The position numbers and the translations under genes were made by a program. A stretch of 44,923 bases of DNA from Patescibacteria group bacterium (GTDB lineage: Bacteria > Patescibacteriota > Minisyncoccia > Phycocordibacterales > Phycocordibacteraceae): assembly GCA_004296925.1 (NCBI GenBank), contig SCVI01000037.1:1-44923 (forward strand). Direction: 5' to 3'. Shown piece after piece: positions 27,073 to 36,693 of the stretch. Below the pieces are notes generated by a model, which was not told where the DNA came from, made no database searches, and saw only the letters and a program-made list of their open reading frames with translations. Positions within the stretch are counted from its first letter, which is position 1, and the number at the start of each line of letters is the position of its first letter.

Positions 27073-28122
27073 ATGCAAAATGAACAGAACAAGTCCCCTT
27101 TTGGTAATGCTATCGTACGTACGCTCGCAATCTTCGGATTTCTCGCGGTCGTTATCGTTGGTATGTGGGGTAGCGTACAAATCGCACGTGGAATTCCAAA
27201 CGCTTTTTCATCACTTGCCTCTGCAATGGTGAGCTTTACTTCTATCTTTGTCCCAGCAGGAGAGACCATCTCGCTTTCTGCTGCTTCACTCAGCGTTGAA
27301 TCAAATAAGCCAATTACTATCTCTTGGTTCCACGATAAGAAGAGCGTAGAAGGTTCATATGTATTTCGATACAATTGTGTGAATGACGCATACTTTGCAT
27401 CTGCCGTTGCGACCGGAACACCTACTACTGTTTACTGTAACGTGCCGTTCAACTTCATTAATTCAAGCAACTCAATAACGATCACACCAATTTCAACCTC
27501 AAATCGTTTTATTGACGTACAGGTATTCATCGACTTTATTCCAAATGGTGCATCTCAAGCAACGGTCACAGGTCAAACCACTTTCACTATAGTAAATACA
27601 GGAGTAACGGTAAGTCCAGGAACTATTCCTACAACACCAGTACCTACAACACCAACTCCTACAACACCACGTCCTATAACTCAAGGACCTGAAACACGAG
27701 TCACCTACCCTATTGGTGGTGCGCGCGCATCAGATCCAAACGGTTATGTAGACCTTTCTGCACGTGTTATTGAAGTTGGAGTAGTAGATAAAACAACAGG
27801 CGTATTTACAGCAAGTTCTACTCCAAGTAGAGCAAACACACGCATCGCAGTGCGATTCGCAGTTGAAAACCTCGGTACAAAAACATCACCACAGTTTGAT
27901 TTCAACGCGATTCTTCCAACACAACCATCAAACATATTCTCAGCACCTATGCAGCAAGCCCTCAATCCTGGCGACCGTATTGAATTCACCGTTGGTTTTG
28001 ACAGCTTTAATTCAGCTAATCCAGACGGAGTATTCATCATAAATGTTGATCCTTCAAACCGCATCAACGAGAGAAACAAAGACAACAATATTGTGAGATA
28101 CACAATCAATACAAGACCGTAA
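27073..28122 (+). CDS. Membrane-anchored extracellular protein with PT-rich linker and C-terminal CARDB-like Ig domain
   Basis: N-terminal TM; PTTPVPTTPTPTTP; DLSARVI…VENLGTK…LNPGD…VDPSNRINERNKDNN. Confidence 0.8.
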   Translation: MQNEQNKSPFGNAIVRTLAIFGFLAVVIVGMWGSVQIARGIPNAFSSLASAMVSFTSIFVPAGETISLSAASLSVESNKPITISWFHDKKSVEGSYVFRYNCVNDAYFASAVATGTPTTVYCNVPFNFINSSNSITITPISTSNRFIDVQVFIDFIPNGASQATVTGQTTFTIVNTGVTVSPGTIPTTPVPTTPTPTTPRPITQGPETRVTYPIGGARASDPNGYVDLSARVIEVGVVDKTTGVFTASSTPSRANTRIAVRFAVENLGTKTSPQFDFNAILPTQPSNIFSAPMQQALNPGDRIEFTVGFDSFNSANPDGVFIINVDPSNRINERNKDNNIVRYTINTRP

Positions 28123-28154
28123 ATCGTCCTGCCACACCAAAGAAAAATTCTTTT

Positions 28155-28328
28155 ATGTCAATCAATGATGAAGGTCTGCAACGAGAAATCATGGAACCGT
28201 GCGAAAAATGCCATGGTCAACGTTCAATTCTCCTTCCCCATAACGAAGCACAAAAGAATAGAGACCTAGAGAAATTCGGTGAAGGACTTAAGATGTGTCC
28301 TTCATGTAAAGGAAGTGGTTACAAGTAA
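28155..28328 (+). CDS. Small zinc-finger protein (57 aa) with DnaJ-type CxxCxG motifs
   Basis: Hand translation MSINDEGLQREIMEPCEKCHGQRSILLPHNEAQKNRDLEKFGEGLKMCPSCKGSGYK*; followed by a terminator. Confidence 0.7.
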   Translation: MSINDEGLQREIMEPCEKCHGQRSILLPHNEAQKNRDLEKFGEGLKMCPSCKGSGYK

Positions 28329-28358
28329 CATCAAAATCAGGTGCGGGCTCCAAGCAAA

Positions 28359-28392
28359 AACACAAAACTCCCTACACGGGGAGTTTTGTGTT
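28359..28392. terminator. Bidirectional terminator between the zinc-finger ORF and gyrB
   Basis: AACACAAAACTCCC-TACACG-GGGAGTTTTGTGTT, 14-bp stem. Confidence 0.8.
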
Positions 28393-28473
28393 GACGGGTA
28401 CCCACCAAACACAATACTGATCTAAATTTCAAATACACCTTGAGGAATACAGTGAAAAATTACCTAAAGCTTC

Positions 28474-30540
28474 CTAAACATCCAATCGGGCTTCTTTTGC
28501 ATTACTTTGAATAAAGCTTTTACGTGCCGGTACATCAGTACCCATTAAAATATCGAATACACGATCTGCATCTTGTCCATCTTCAACAGTTACTTGTTTC
28601 AAGGTGCGACGAGTTGGGTCCATAGTGGTTTCCCACAACTCTTCCGGGTTCATTTCTCCCAATCCTTTATATCTTTGTATTGTAGGTTTTGCCTGCTTCT
28701 TTTCTTTTTTCACATCTGCCTCTTCATCGGTTTCTTCATCAGCGTCTTCCACCGTTGTCTCCTCGGTATTAAATTCCTCACTGTTCACTCCCCTGCTTTT
28801 CAAAAGTTGCTCTAATTCAGCTTCGGTTTGTAAAAAGAATACCTCCCTCCCAAACTTCGCTTTAAACAAAGGCGGTTGTGCAATGTACAAATATCCACCA
28901 TCAATAATTCCACGGAAGTACCGATAAAAGAGTGTGAGTAAAAGAGTACGAATGTGCGCACCGTCTACGTCGGCGTCGGTTGCAATGATTATTTTATGAT
29001 AACGAAGTTTTGATATATCAAACAAGTCTCCTATGGCAGTACCCATAGCAATAACAAGATTCTTTATTTCGTTTGATGCGAGCATTTTATCCAAACGCGC
29101 TCTCTCAACGTTCAAAATTTTTCCGCGAAGTGGCAAAATAGCTTGAGTACGTCTATCGCGCCCTTGCTTTGATGAGCCGCCAGCCGAATCTCCCTCTACA
29201 ATAAATATTTCTGATTCCCATGCATTTTTAGTTTGGCAGTCAGCGAGCTTACCAGGGAGTGTCATGCCATCCAAAGCACCCTTACGGAGAACCGAGTCTT
29301 TTGCAGCTTTAGCTGCTTTTCTCGCTTTCAAAGCAAGTATTACCTTTCCTATGATAGAACGCGCTTCATCAGGATTTTCCTCAAGGAACATATTAAATGC
29401 CTCGCTAAATACCGTCTCCACTGCTCCTCGTGCTTCAACTGAACCAAGCTTTCCTTTTGTCTGACCTTCAAATTGAATCTCAGGAAGTTTTACTGAAATA
29501 ATTGCGGTTAATCCTTCCAAAACATCTTCACCTGTAAAGTTCTCTTCAGCATCTTTTACAATGTTATTTTTTCGAGCATAGGTGTTGAGTGTTCTTGTGA
29601 GCGCAGTCTTAAAACCAGTGACATGTGTTCCTCCCTCTGCATTGTACGTATTGTTAGCAAACGCAGTGAGTCGTGCAGAAATATCGTCTACATATTGTAA
29701 CGCTACTTCTACTTGTACGTTTTCTACCTCCTTCTCAACATAAAACACGCTTCCATGAACTGCTTTTTGGAATCGGTTGTTAAACGTTACAAGAGATTTC
29801 AAACCGCCTTCAAAATAAAAACTCATTGAAGGCACGATGAATTCAAGCTCTCTAAAATAACGCACGTCAGCTAAATCAATTTTTCCTGGATACTCGCGTG
29901 CGTCAATTATAGAAATACGAACACCTTTTACTAAGTATGCTTGCTGACGAAGATGCGAAACAATTTTATTAAAATCGTACTCAATTGTGGGAAATATTTG
30001 AGGATCAGCATCAAAGGTAATAATTGTTCCTCTCCAATCCGAAGAGCTAACCTTCTTTACTTTTGTACGAGCTTTACCTCGGTCATATTCTTGCAAATAG
30101 TATCCCCCGTCACGATGAATTTCTGCTTTTGTGTACGTTGAAAGTGCGTTCACTACGGAAACACCAACACCGTGCAAACCTCCTGAAACTTTATATCCAT
30201 CACCCCCAAATTTACCTCCAGCATGGAGCGTTGTCATGATAGTTTCCAGTGCAGAAACTTTTGTTTGTTTATGAATGTCTACTGGTACACCTCGTCCATT
30301 GTCTGCAACACGAATAACATTATTTGGAAGTAGTGTTACTTCAATATCATCTGCGAAACCACCCATGGCTTCATCTCTCGAGTTATCAAAGACTTCCCAA
30401 ATAAGGTGGTGTAACCCATCGAGGCCGGTAGTACCGATGTACATTCCAGGTCGCTTACGGACAGGATCCAACCCCTCAAGAACAGTGATGGATGAAGCGC
30501 TATAATTTGATTCTTTTTTAGTTACGGGCTTTTTTGGCAT
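28474..30540 (-). CDS. gyrB: DNA gyrase subunit B
   Basis: VRKRPGMYIG, DNGRG, LHAGGKF, SGGLHGVG, EGDSAGGS, PLRGKILN, DADVDG, QRYKGLGEMN, C-terminal LDV. Confidence 0.95.
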   Translation of the reverse strand: MPKKPVTKKESNYSASSITVLEGLDPVRKRPGMYIGTTGLDGLHHLIWEVFDNSRDEAMGGFADDIEVTLLPNNVIRVADNGRGVPVDIHKQTKVSALETIMTTLHAGGKFGGDGYKVSGGLHGVGVSVVNALSTYTKAEIHRDGGYYLQEYDRGKARTKVKKVSSSDWRGTIITFDADPQIFPTIEYDFNKIVSHLRQQAYLVKGVRISIIDAREYPGKIDLADVRYFRELEFIVPSMSFYFEGGLKSLVTFNNRFQKAVHGSVFYVEKEVENVQVEVALQYVDDISARLTAFANNTYNAEGGTHVTGFKTALTRTLNTYARKNNIVKDAEENFTGEDVLEGLTAIISVKLPEIQFEGQTKGKLGSVEARGAVETVFSEAFNMFLEENPDEARSIIGKVILALKARKAAKAAKDSVLRKGALDGMTLPGKLADCQTKNAWESEIFIVEGDSAGGSSKQGRDRRTQAILPLRGKILNVERARLDKMLASNEIKNLVIAMGTAIGDLFDISKLRYHKIIIATDADVDGAHIRTLLLTLFYRYFRGIIDGGYLYIAQPPLFKAKFGREVFFLQTEAELEQLLKSRGVNSEEFNTEETTVEDADEETDEEADVKKEKKQAKPTIQRYKGLGEMNPEELWETTMDPTRRTLKQVTVEDGQDADRVFDILMGTDVPARKSFIQSNAKEARLDV

Positions 30541-30553
30541 TGTATTTTATGAA

Positions 30554-30584
30554 AAAGAGCCCTCATTCGGCTCTTTATATTGTA
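30554..30584 (-). promoter_or_regulatory. Terminator-like hairpin overlapping a probable gyrB promoter
   Basis: Minus strand reads TG-C-TACAAT then AAAGAGCC-N7-GGCTCTTT-TT, 13 nt before the gyrB ATG. Confidence 0.5.
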
Positions 30585-30621
30585 GCATATTTTGCATCAA
30601 TTTTAGATGCTAATTACTCTC

Positions 30622-31881
30622 CTAAACCCCCCAATCTAGCCCTATATCCTTCCTATAGTACATGGCATCAAATGACACATTTTTCACTGCCGCATATGCA
30701 TTCTTTGTTGCCTCTTCAGAACTCTTTCCTAAGGCGCTTACGCCAAGGACTCGTCCTCCAGCAGTAAGAGTCACATCTCCTGAAAGCGCGGTACCTGCTT
30801 CAAACACCACCGTTTCAGGACCTACCGCATCAAGACCGCTAATAACATACCCGCTGTTATATTTTTCAGGGTACCCACCTGAGGCAAGTATCACTGTACA
30901 TACGTACTCTGGTCGCCATACAATATTGCTCTCAGAAAGTTTTCCCTCTGCGCAGTCAAGCATGACATCTAGAAGGTCAGATGCGAGAAGTCTCATATAG
31001 GATTGTGTTTCTGGGTCACCAAAACGCGCATTAAATTCAAGAACCTTGATACCCTCTTTTGTCACCATAATCCCTGGAAATAACACACCTTTAAAAGGTA
31101 TACCTTCCTCGACCATACCTTTAAGTACCGGCTCAATAACGGTTGTTAAAATTTCTGTCTTTAGAGCTTCAGATATTTCGACCGGAGCGATAGTGCCCAT
31201 ACCACCAGTATTGAGACCAGAATTACCTTCTCCTATTCTTTTGTGATCCCTAGCAATAGGAAACATTCTCGCCACAGCGCCATCACAAAATGCATGCACT
31301 GAAATTTCTTTGCCTTCAAGAAATTCTTCAATAACTACCGATAAACCTGAATCCCCGAACGCTTTATCTACCATGAACGATTTTAGTGTTTTTTCAGCTT
31401 CAGTAATTGATTCTGCAATGACTACACCTTTCCCTAGTGCCAATCCATCAGCCTTTATAACGAGAGGGAGAGAATGTGTTTTTGCATATGCGAGAGCGTC
31501 CTCAAACACATTAAATGTCTCTGAATATGCTGTTGGAATACCGTGTCGCTTCATAAAGTCTTTAGCAAATGCCTTTGAAGACTCAAGTTGTGCTGCTTTT
31601 TTTGATGGACCAAAGGAAAGAATGTGTGCCTCTTTCAGCGAATCAACCAAACCTTCAGCCAGAGAATCGTCAGGACCTACTACAACGAACTCAATAGCAT
31701 TATCCTTTGCAAACTGTACTATCGCTTTATGGTTTTTAATATCAATAGATACATTTTCACCAAGAGTGCCCGTGCCGGCGTTTCCTGGCGCTATAAATAA
31801 TTTCGTGAGACGAGGCGATTGAGCTAGCTTCCAAGCAAGTGCATGCTCTCTTCCTCCTGAGCCGATCAAAAGAACATTCAT
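30622..31881 (-). CDS. purD: Phosphoribosylamine-glycine ligase
   Basis: IGSGGREHALAW, APGNAG, LESSKAFAK, KADGLALGKGV, NTGGMG, EFNARFGDPE, GGRVL. Confidence 0.96.
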   Translation of the reverse strand: MNVLLIGSGGREHALAWKLAQSPRLTKLFIAPGNAGTGTLGENVSIDIKNHKAIVQFAKDNAIEFVVVGPDDSLAEGLVDSLKEAHILSFGPSKKAAQLESSKAFAKDFMKRHGIPTAYSETFNVFEDALAYAKTHSLPLVIKADGLALGKGVVIAESITEAEKTLKSFMVDKAFGDSGLSVVIEEFLEGKEISVHAFCDGAVARMFPIARDHKRIGEGNSGLNTGGMGTIAPVEISEALKTEILTTVIEPVLKGMVEEGIPFKGVLFPGIMVTKEGIKVLEFNARFGDPETQSYMRLLASDLLDVMLDCAEGKLSESNIVWRPEYVCTVILASGGYPEKYNSGYVISGLDAVGPETVVFEAGTALSGDVTLTAGGRVLGVSALGKSSEEATKNAYAAVKNVSFDAMYYRKDIGLDWGV

Positions 31882-32336
31882 ACTTTATGAGATAACGGAT
31901 TATAGAGTTCAACAAATTTTTTCGCTTGCTCCTTTAAATTCGGCAACGCCATCATTTCTTCTTTTGAAAAGAATTTCAAATCAAGACACTCATCAGTCGC
32001 GGTGAATGTATCAAATGATGGTATCTCGAAACGATACGCTAGAAGTAAAACACTGAAAGAATCGAAGCCGTAAAAATTCTCACCTTGATACGTCCATACA
32101 TATGAAGGCATATCAGCAATATGCATTATTTCCATACGCGTTTCTTCTCTTACTTCGCGACGCAATCCTTCATCAAAGGATTCTCCAAAATTAAGACCTC
32201 CACCTGGCAAATCCCACACTGTTTTATCCCACCCTATGCCCCCATCAAGGCCTAGTAATACTTTCCCATCTTTTACATGCAAACCTTTTATAGCTACTCG
32301 ATAAAAAGAGTCGTGAGGAACAGACATACTATTCAA
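31878..32336 (-). CDS. Nudix hydrolase
   Basis: WDLPGGGLNFGESFDEGLRREVREET (intact Nudix box); start may be TTG 32336 or ATG 32327. Confidence 0.88.
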   Translation of the reverse strand: MNSMSVPHDSFYRVAIKGLHVKDGKVLLGLDGGIGWDKTVWDLPGGGLNFGESFDEGLRREVREETRMEIMHIADMPSYVWTYQGENFYGFDSFSVLLLAYRFEIPSFDTFTATDECLDLKFFSKEEMMALPNLKEQAKKFVELYNPLSHKV

Positions 32337-32348
32337 TGTTTAATCATA

Positions 32349-33179
32349 TTAACGAACCTTCTTTACCACTACATCCATTTGAGGGAACGGGATTTCAATA
32401 TCAGCATCTTGTAGCGCTTGTTTTATTGTCTCTACGACCAAAAACATCGTTGCTCGTTCTTTGTCCGCACTATCAACCCACACACGAGCGAGCATATTAA
32501 TTGATGAGTTACCTAACTCAGCAACCGCCACCGTAGGAGGGGGGTCTTGCTTCACGCCCTTAATTGCACTTAATGCCTTAATAAGTACTTCTCTCACCTC
32601 CGGAATTGATTCTTTATATGCGACACTAAATGGCACCACAATACGAAGCTCTCCGTGAGAGGAATGATTTACTAAAACTTCATTCGCAATCTTTTGATTA
32701 GGAATTACCACAAACGTATTATCGAGAGTCCTGATACGTGTTGTGCGCATCGTTATTTTTTGTACTCTTCCATACATTGCCCCTACGGTAATCCAGTGTC
32801 CAATTTTAAAAGGTTTGTCTACATAAATTAAGATTCCTGAAATAATGTTCGCCACTGTATCCTGAGCAGCAAATCCAATTGCGATACCTATAATTCCAAG
32901 ACCAGCTACCGTTGCAGTTAAATTTATTCCGAGTTGCCCTGCACCAATAACTACAGCGATGATGAAAAGAAACACCCGATACCCTGTATTGACGATAAGT
33001 TCAGCATTTGCCTGCTGTATTCCGCGCCACCGCAACACATACATAAGCGGTCGTTTCGTGAAGCGATATATTCCCCAAAATATGAGGAGCACAAAAAAAA
33101 CCGAGAACAAACTAGGGAGTGAGACAGTCAACGCAGATATCAATCCGTCAACGTTAAAAGAGTTCTTTAAAATATCCAT
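32349..33179 (-). CDS. mscS: Small-conductance mechanosensitive channel
   Basis: GLGIIGIAIGFAAQDTVANIISG, PFKIGHWI, G-V-I-MRTT, IPN, IEIPFPQ. Confidence 0.92.
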   Translation of the reverse strand: MDILKNSFNVDGLISALTVSLPSLFSVFFVLLIFWGIYRFTKRPLMYVLRWRGIQQANAELIVNTGYRVFLFIIAVVIGAGQLGINLTATVAGLGIIGIAIGFAAQDTVANIISGILIYVDKPFKIGHWITVGAMYGRVQKITMRTTRIRTLDNTFVVIPNQKIANEVLVNHSSHGELRIVVPFSVAYKESIPEVREVLIKALSAIKGVKQDPPPTVAVAELGNSSINMLARVWVDSADKERATMFLVVETIKQALQDADIEIPFPQMDVVVKKVR

Positions 33180-33232
33180 AATGAGAGTCTACCAGAATCT
33201 ATATAAATCTGTGTACTAATAAGAAACATACT

Positions 33233-35008
33233 CTAGCGTACCTCCCAACCTTTTTTAGTTAACGCCTCGGTAACAGACGCCATGAACCCTTGCACCTCTT
33301 CGTCGGTGAGTGTTCTTTCGTGTGATTGAAATACAAGTCTAAACGCAAAGGATGTTCTTCCCTCTTTTGAGAAGGTGTCGAACAGCGTGCACCTTACAAG
33401 CATAGGCCCCGCACTCTCTTTTATGTGGGACCTCGTAGGTCCCACATCGGTAGTGTCGGGAGCCCAAAAGGCAACGTCCCGAACAATGAATGGATACAGA
33501 GAAAAAGACTTGTACAGGCTCAAAGCATACCGCTTGGGGACATATTCCGCATCAGGCGCAATCTCCGGAATGTCCGGCACGGGCTCAGAGGTTTGGACAG
33601 CAATGCGTTCGCCCTCTTTTGAAAATACTGTTCCCACCTCAAAGACTTTTGGTTTTACATTCGGAGCCACGGTAATGGGCGCGTAGAGCTTTGCCTTCAC
33701 AAAAGCGTCTGTAAGATTTTCCGCGAGCGTAGTGCGGAGTGCCGGCTTCGTTTTGTCTAGCGGGTTTAGAAGCCACACGTCCCCTTTCTTTGCGAAAGAT
33801 TGTGTAGAAACTTCTGTGAATCCTCGCTCAACCAAAAAATCCTTCACCTTCTCGATACCTTTAAAGCGTGCCTGGTCAATCACTGAAATTTGTTTCAATT
33901 CCTTCGGTAACACCTTATCCAAACCAATAATGCGCCCCACTTCTTCTGCTATATCTTCAGAAATAGTTAAATCTGGCCTCTCAAACGGCGCAGATACAAT
34001 ATAGGTATTCTCCTTGCTCTCAAAAGGAATATCGAGACGAAGGAGAGCATCCTCAATATCGTGAGCATTGAAAGTAGATCCTAGTATTGTATTAATTTGA
34101 TCCACAGTCACTTGCACAGGTTCGCTTGGTGCTTTCTGCACAGGATACACATCTATAACCCCCTCTATTTCTCCACCAGCGAGAAGTGGTATGAGTTTTA
34201 AAATTGCACTCATGCCATATGACGTAAGAACAGGAGAAGGATGATTTTGATATCGCGTTGAGGCATCAGTCAAAATTTTCAATCGCTGGCAAGTCTTTCG
34301 TATTATGGTGCCATTGTAGTTCCCCACTGAGATAAAAAGATCTTTCGTATTTTCCCCTACTCCTGAGTGTAAACCTCCCTTAATACCTGCGATGTCTAAT
34401 GGCATCCCAGAAATTTCGTCTGCTATTACGTGTATGTCATCGCCCAGCTGTATCGTATCCCCAGAAAGTAGTGCTATTTCCTCTCCCGCTTTTGCACTTC
34501 GAATTGAAATACTTGCCACACCATCTTTCTGAATTTTACCAAAATCAAATGCATGGAGCGGTTGCCCTATGTCGAGCATCACATAATTTGTGGCATCAAC
34601 AATATTGTTTATTGATTTCTGACCGACTGATGCAAGTGCATCTTTTAGCCACTTTGGCGACTCTCCCACTGTTACCCCACGCACTACTGCACCAATGTGC
34701 CGATTTACAAATTCAGAATCTACTGAAACTTTAAGTACTTTTGTTTCAAGAAATGACTCTGGTGTAATTCGAAGTGGATCTTCTTTAAGCGGCATCTTTA
34801 ATATGGCAGAGAGTTCTTTTGCAATGCCACGATGTGATAAACAATCTGCAGCTCTGTTAGGGAGCACATTCACATCTATGACTCCTCCGTATCGCTCATC
34901 ACTACTCTCTACCTCAAATGAATGGAACGTAAGCGCATCCACAAGAGTTGCCATATCCGGAAGCGGATCGCTAAAATATTTTTGTAGCCATAGTACAGAG
35001 ACTTTCAT
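33233..35008 (-). CDS. pheT: Phenylalanyl-tRNA synthetase beta subunit, reduced (591 aa)
   Basis: MKVSVLWL, PNRADCLSHRGIAKE, INNIVDATNYVM…GQPLHAFD, RPDL…DIAEEVGRIIG, RDVAF…SFAFRLVFQSHERTLTDEEV. Confidence 0.93.
   Translation of the reverse strand: MKVSVLWLQKYFSDPLPDMATLVDALTFHSFEVESSDERYGGVIDVNVLPNRAADCLSHRGIAKELSAILKMPLKEDPLRITPESFLETKVLKVSVDSEFVNRHIGAVVRGVTVGESPKWLKDALASVGQKSINNIVDATNYVMLDIGQPLHAFDFGKIQKDGVASISIRSAKAGEEIALLSGDTIQLGDDIHVIADEISGMPLDIAGIKGGLHSGVGENTKDLFISVGNYNGTIIRKTCQRLKILTDASTRYQNHPSPVLTSYGMSAILKLIPLLAGGEIEGVIDVYPVQKAPSEPVQVTVDQINTILGSTFNAHDIEDALLRLDIPFESKENTYIVSAPFERPDLTISEDIAEEVGRIIGLDKVLPKELKQISVIDQARFKGIEKVKDFLVERGFTEVSTQSFAKKGDVWLLNPLDKTKPALRTTLAENLTDAFVKAKLYAPITVAPNVKPKVFEVGTVFSKEGERIAVQTSEPVPDIPEIAPDAEYVPKRYALSLYKSFSLYPFIVRDVAFWAPDTTDVGPTRSHIKESAGPMLVRCTLFDTFSKEGRTSFAFRLVFQSHERTLTDEEVQGFMASVTEALTKKGWEVR
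33423..33447. repeat. 25-bp intragenic hairpin, copy 2 (in pheT)
   Basis: ATGTGGGACCT-CGT-AGGTCCCACAT. Confidence 0.85.
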
Positions 35009-35739
35009 AATTTGTTTTGTGTAAATCCATATACAAATCGAACATCGCCAGAATGGAAAAGGCGCACATCAGGGATTCCGTATTTCACCATCAAAAGCCT
35101 CTCGAGTCCGCCACCAAAGGCAAATCCCGCAACCTCGTCTGGATTTAATTTCGCATTTCTTAGTACGGAAGGATGCAACATACCTGCCCCTGCCATTTCA
35201 AGCCAACGACCCTCTTTACCAGGAGCTTCAAACCATACATCAATCTCAACTCCCGGTTCAACAAATGGGAAGTAGCTTGGTCGAAATCGTACCTTTGCGT
35301 CTTCACCTAGGTACTCTTTATAAAATCTATCAAACACTCCTTTCAGATGCGCAAGCGTTACTTCACCTTTTGGACCTACTGCAAAACCATCAAGCTGATA
35401 AAACTGTGCCTCATGAGTCATATCTGTCGCTTCATTTCTAAAAACTTTTCCTGGGTTAATCTTTCGCATTTCCCGTAGTCCACTCTTAGCCATTTCTTCA
35501 AGACATCGCACTGTGACCGATGTGTTATGAGTTCGCATCACAAATCCCGCCCTATCTTTTATCCAAAACGTATCTTGCATATCACGTGCAGGGTGATCCG
35601 CAGGAACATTTAATGCATCAAAATTATGAAATTCGTCTTCTAGTTCAGGGCCATATGCGATACCAAACCCCATACGACCAAAAATTTCCGCAATATCGCG
35701 GAGTGCTATCGAGTGTGGGTGCAAACGTCCTTCTGCCAT
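35005..35739 (-). CDS. pheS: Phenylalanyl-tRNA synthetase alpha subunit, catalytic core only (244 aa)
   Basis: HP, NFDALNVPADHPARDMQDTF, GKVFRNE, RFRPSYFPFVEP, WLEMAGAGM, GFAFGGGLERL. Confidence 0.95.
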   Translation of the reverse strand: MAEGRLHPHSIALRDIAEIFGRMGFGIAYGPELEDEFHNFDALNVPADHPARDMQDTFWIKDRAGFVMRTHNTSVTVRCLEEMAKSGLREMRKINPGKVFRNEATDMTHEAQFYQLDGFAVGPKGEVTLAHLKGVFDRFYKEYLGEDAKVRFRPSYFPFVEPGVEIDVWFEAPGKEGRWLEMAGAGMLHPSVLRNAKLNPDEVAGFAFGGGLERLLMVKYGIPDVRLFHSGDVRFVYGFTQNKL

Positions 35740-35785
35740 ATGTTAATGGAGTATACCGCGCCTCATTTATTCTTGCGACACTGGA

Positions 35786-36640
35786 TTAAAGACCTTCAAC
35801 GGTATAGAGTCTCGTACCTTCTTTAATAATGATGGAGCCTCCTACAATACGAAAATCTACCCCTCGTTTCTGATATAAAGGAACAACCAATTGAGGTTGT
35901 CGTACGTCAATCTCTGCAAAAAACAGACCCGAACGCTCTGTTGCATACACGACACCGCGAGCAAAAAAATGCGCGGATATTGCTTTATCCTTACCCGCCT
36001 TCTTTACCACTATCTCTTGTGCACACTCTGACGGAATGAAACAAAATGAACTCGGTGTTGAAGAGGCGTTTTTTTGCCAACGTACAATTACTGAACCGTT
36101 CTCAACAAATAAACCTTTTCCATTTTCAACTTCAAGCGGCTTCTCAACCTCACTTTCGAGCACCGCGAGTGGTTTTTTCTTAAATGCATCAAGTAGTGTA
36201 TTAAACTCAGCACGCGATACTACACGAGTACTGGAAGCGACAGCAGAATCCTTAATTCCAACGAGGATTTCAACAGCAGCAAAATCGGTGGGAATAAGTA
36301 GTGCTCCTGCGTCTGTGACTACCTTTGGTTCTACTACTAAATTTTTATGCCACGTATAATATCCTTCTGCAGTAACATCAACCGCATACTTTCCTGGCGG
36401 TAAATCAGGAATATACACTGAACGAGATAACAAATGAGTAACCTGTTCATCCTGACCATTTATAGACACCACCGCTCCGGAGATTGGAACCGATATATAT
36501 AATCCTCCTGTCTCAACAAACGAAAGATTGCTCAACTTATATCCTGACGCATAAAAAACAGCTGCGGGCGTTATGACCAAAAATAAAAAAACTAGAGACA
36601 AAAAGAGTGCGCGACGAAGAATTGGAGAAAAAGGCTTCAT
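35786..36640 (-). CDS. Membrane-anchored PEGA-like domain protein
   Basis: N-terminal TM, FYASGY…TGGLYISVPISGAVVSING…LPPGKYAVDVTAEGYYTW. Confidence 0.75.
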   Translation of the reverse strand: MKPFSPILRRALFLSLVFLFLVITPAAVFYASGYKLSNLSFVETGGLYISVPISGAVVSINGQDEQVTHLLSRSVYIPDLPPGKYAVDVTAEGYYTWHKNLVVEPKVVTDAGALLIPTDFAAVEILVGIKDSAVASSTRVVSRAEFNTLLDAFKKKPLAVLESEVEKPLEVENGKGLFVENGSVIVRWQKNASSTPSSFCFIPSECAQEIVVKKAGKDKAISAHFFARGVVYATERSGLFFAEIDVRQPQLVVPLYQKRGVDFRIVGGSIIIKEGTRLYTVEGL

Positions 36641-36693
36641 ATTGTATACAGCTTACCGCAGTCCCTCTCCAACTAAAAATGAGCGCTGTGCAA

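Noticed and set aside
28690..28790. Acidic low-complexity insert in GyrB as an intein or mobile insertion
   Set aside because: About 30 aa with no splicing motifs; lies at the known variable insertion point before QRYKGLGEM
35740..35785. pheS as a frameshifted pseudogene missing its N-terminus
   Set aside because: Only 46 nt separate it from the upstream gene, a -10 box sits directly before the ATG, and the catalytic motifs are intact; better read as a naturally short gene
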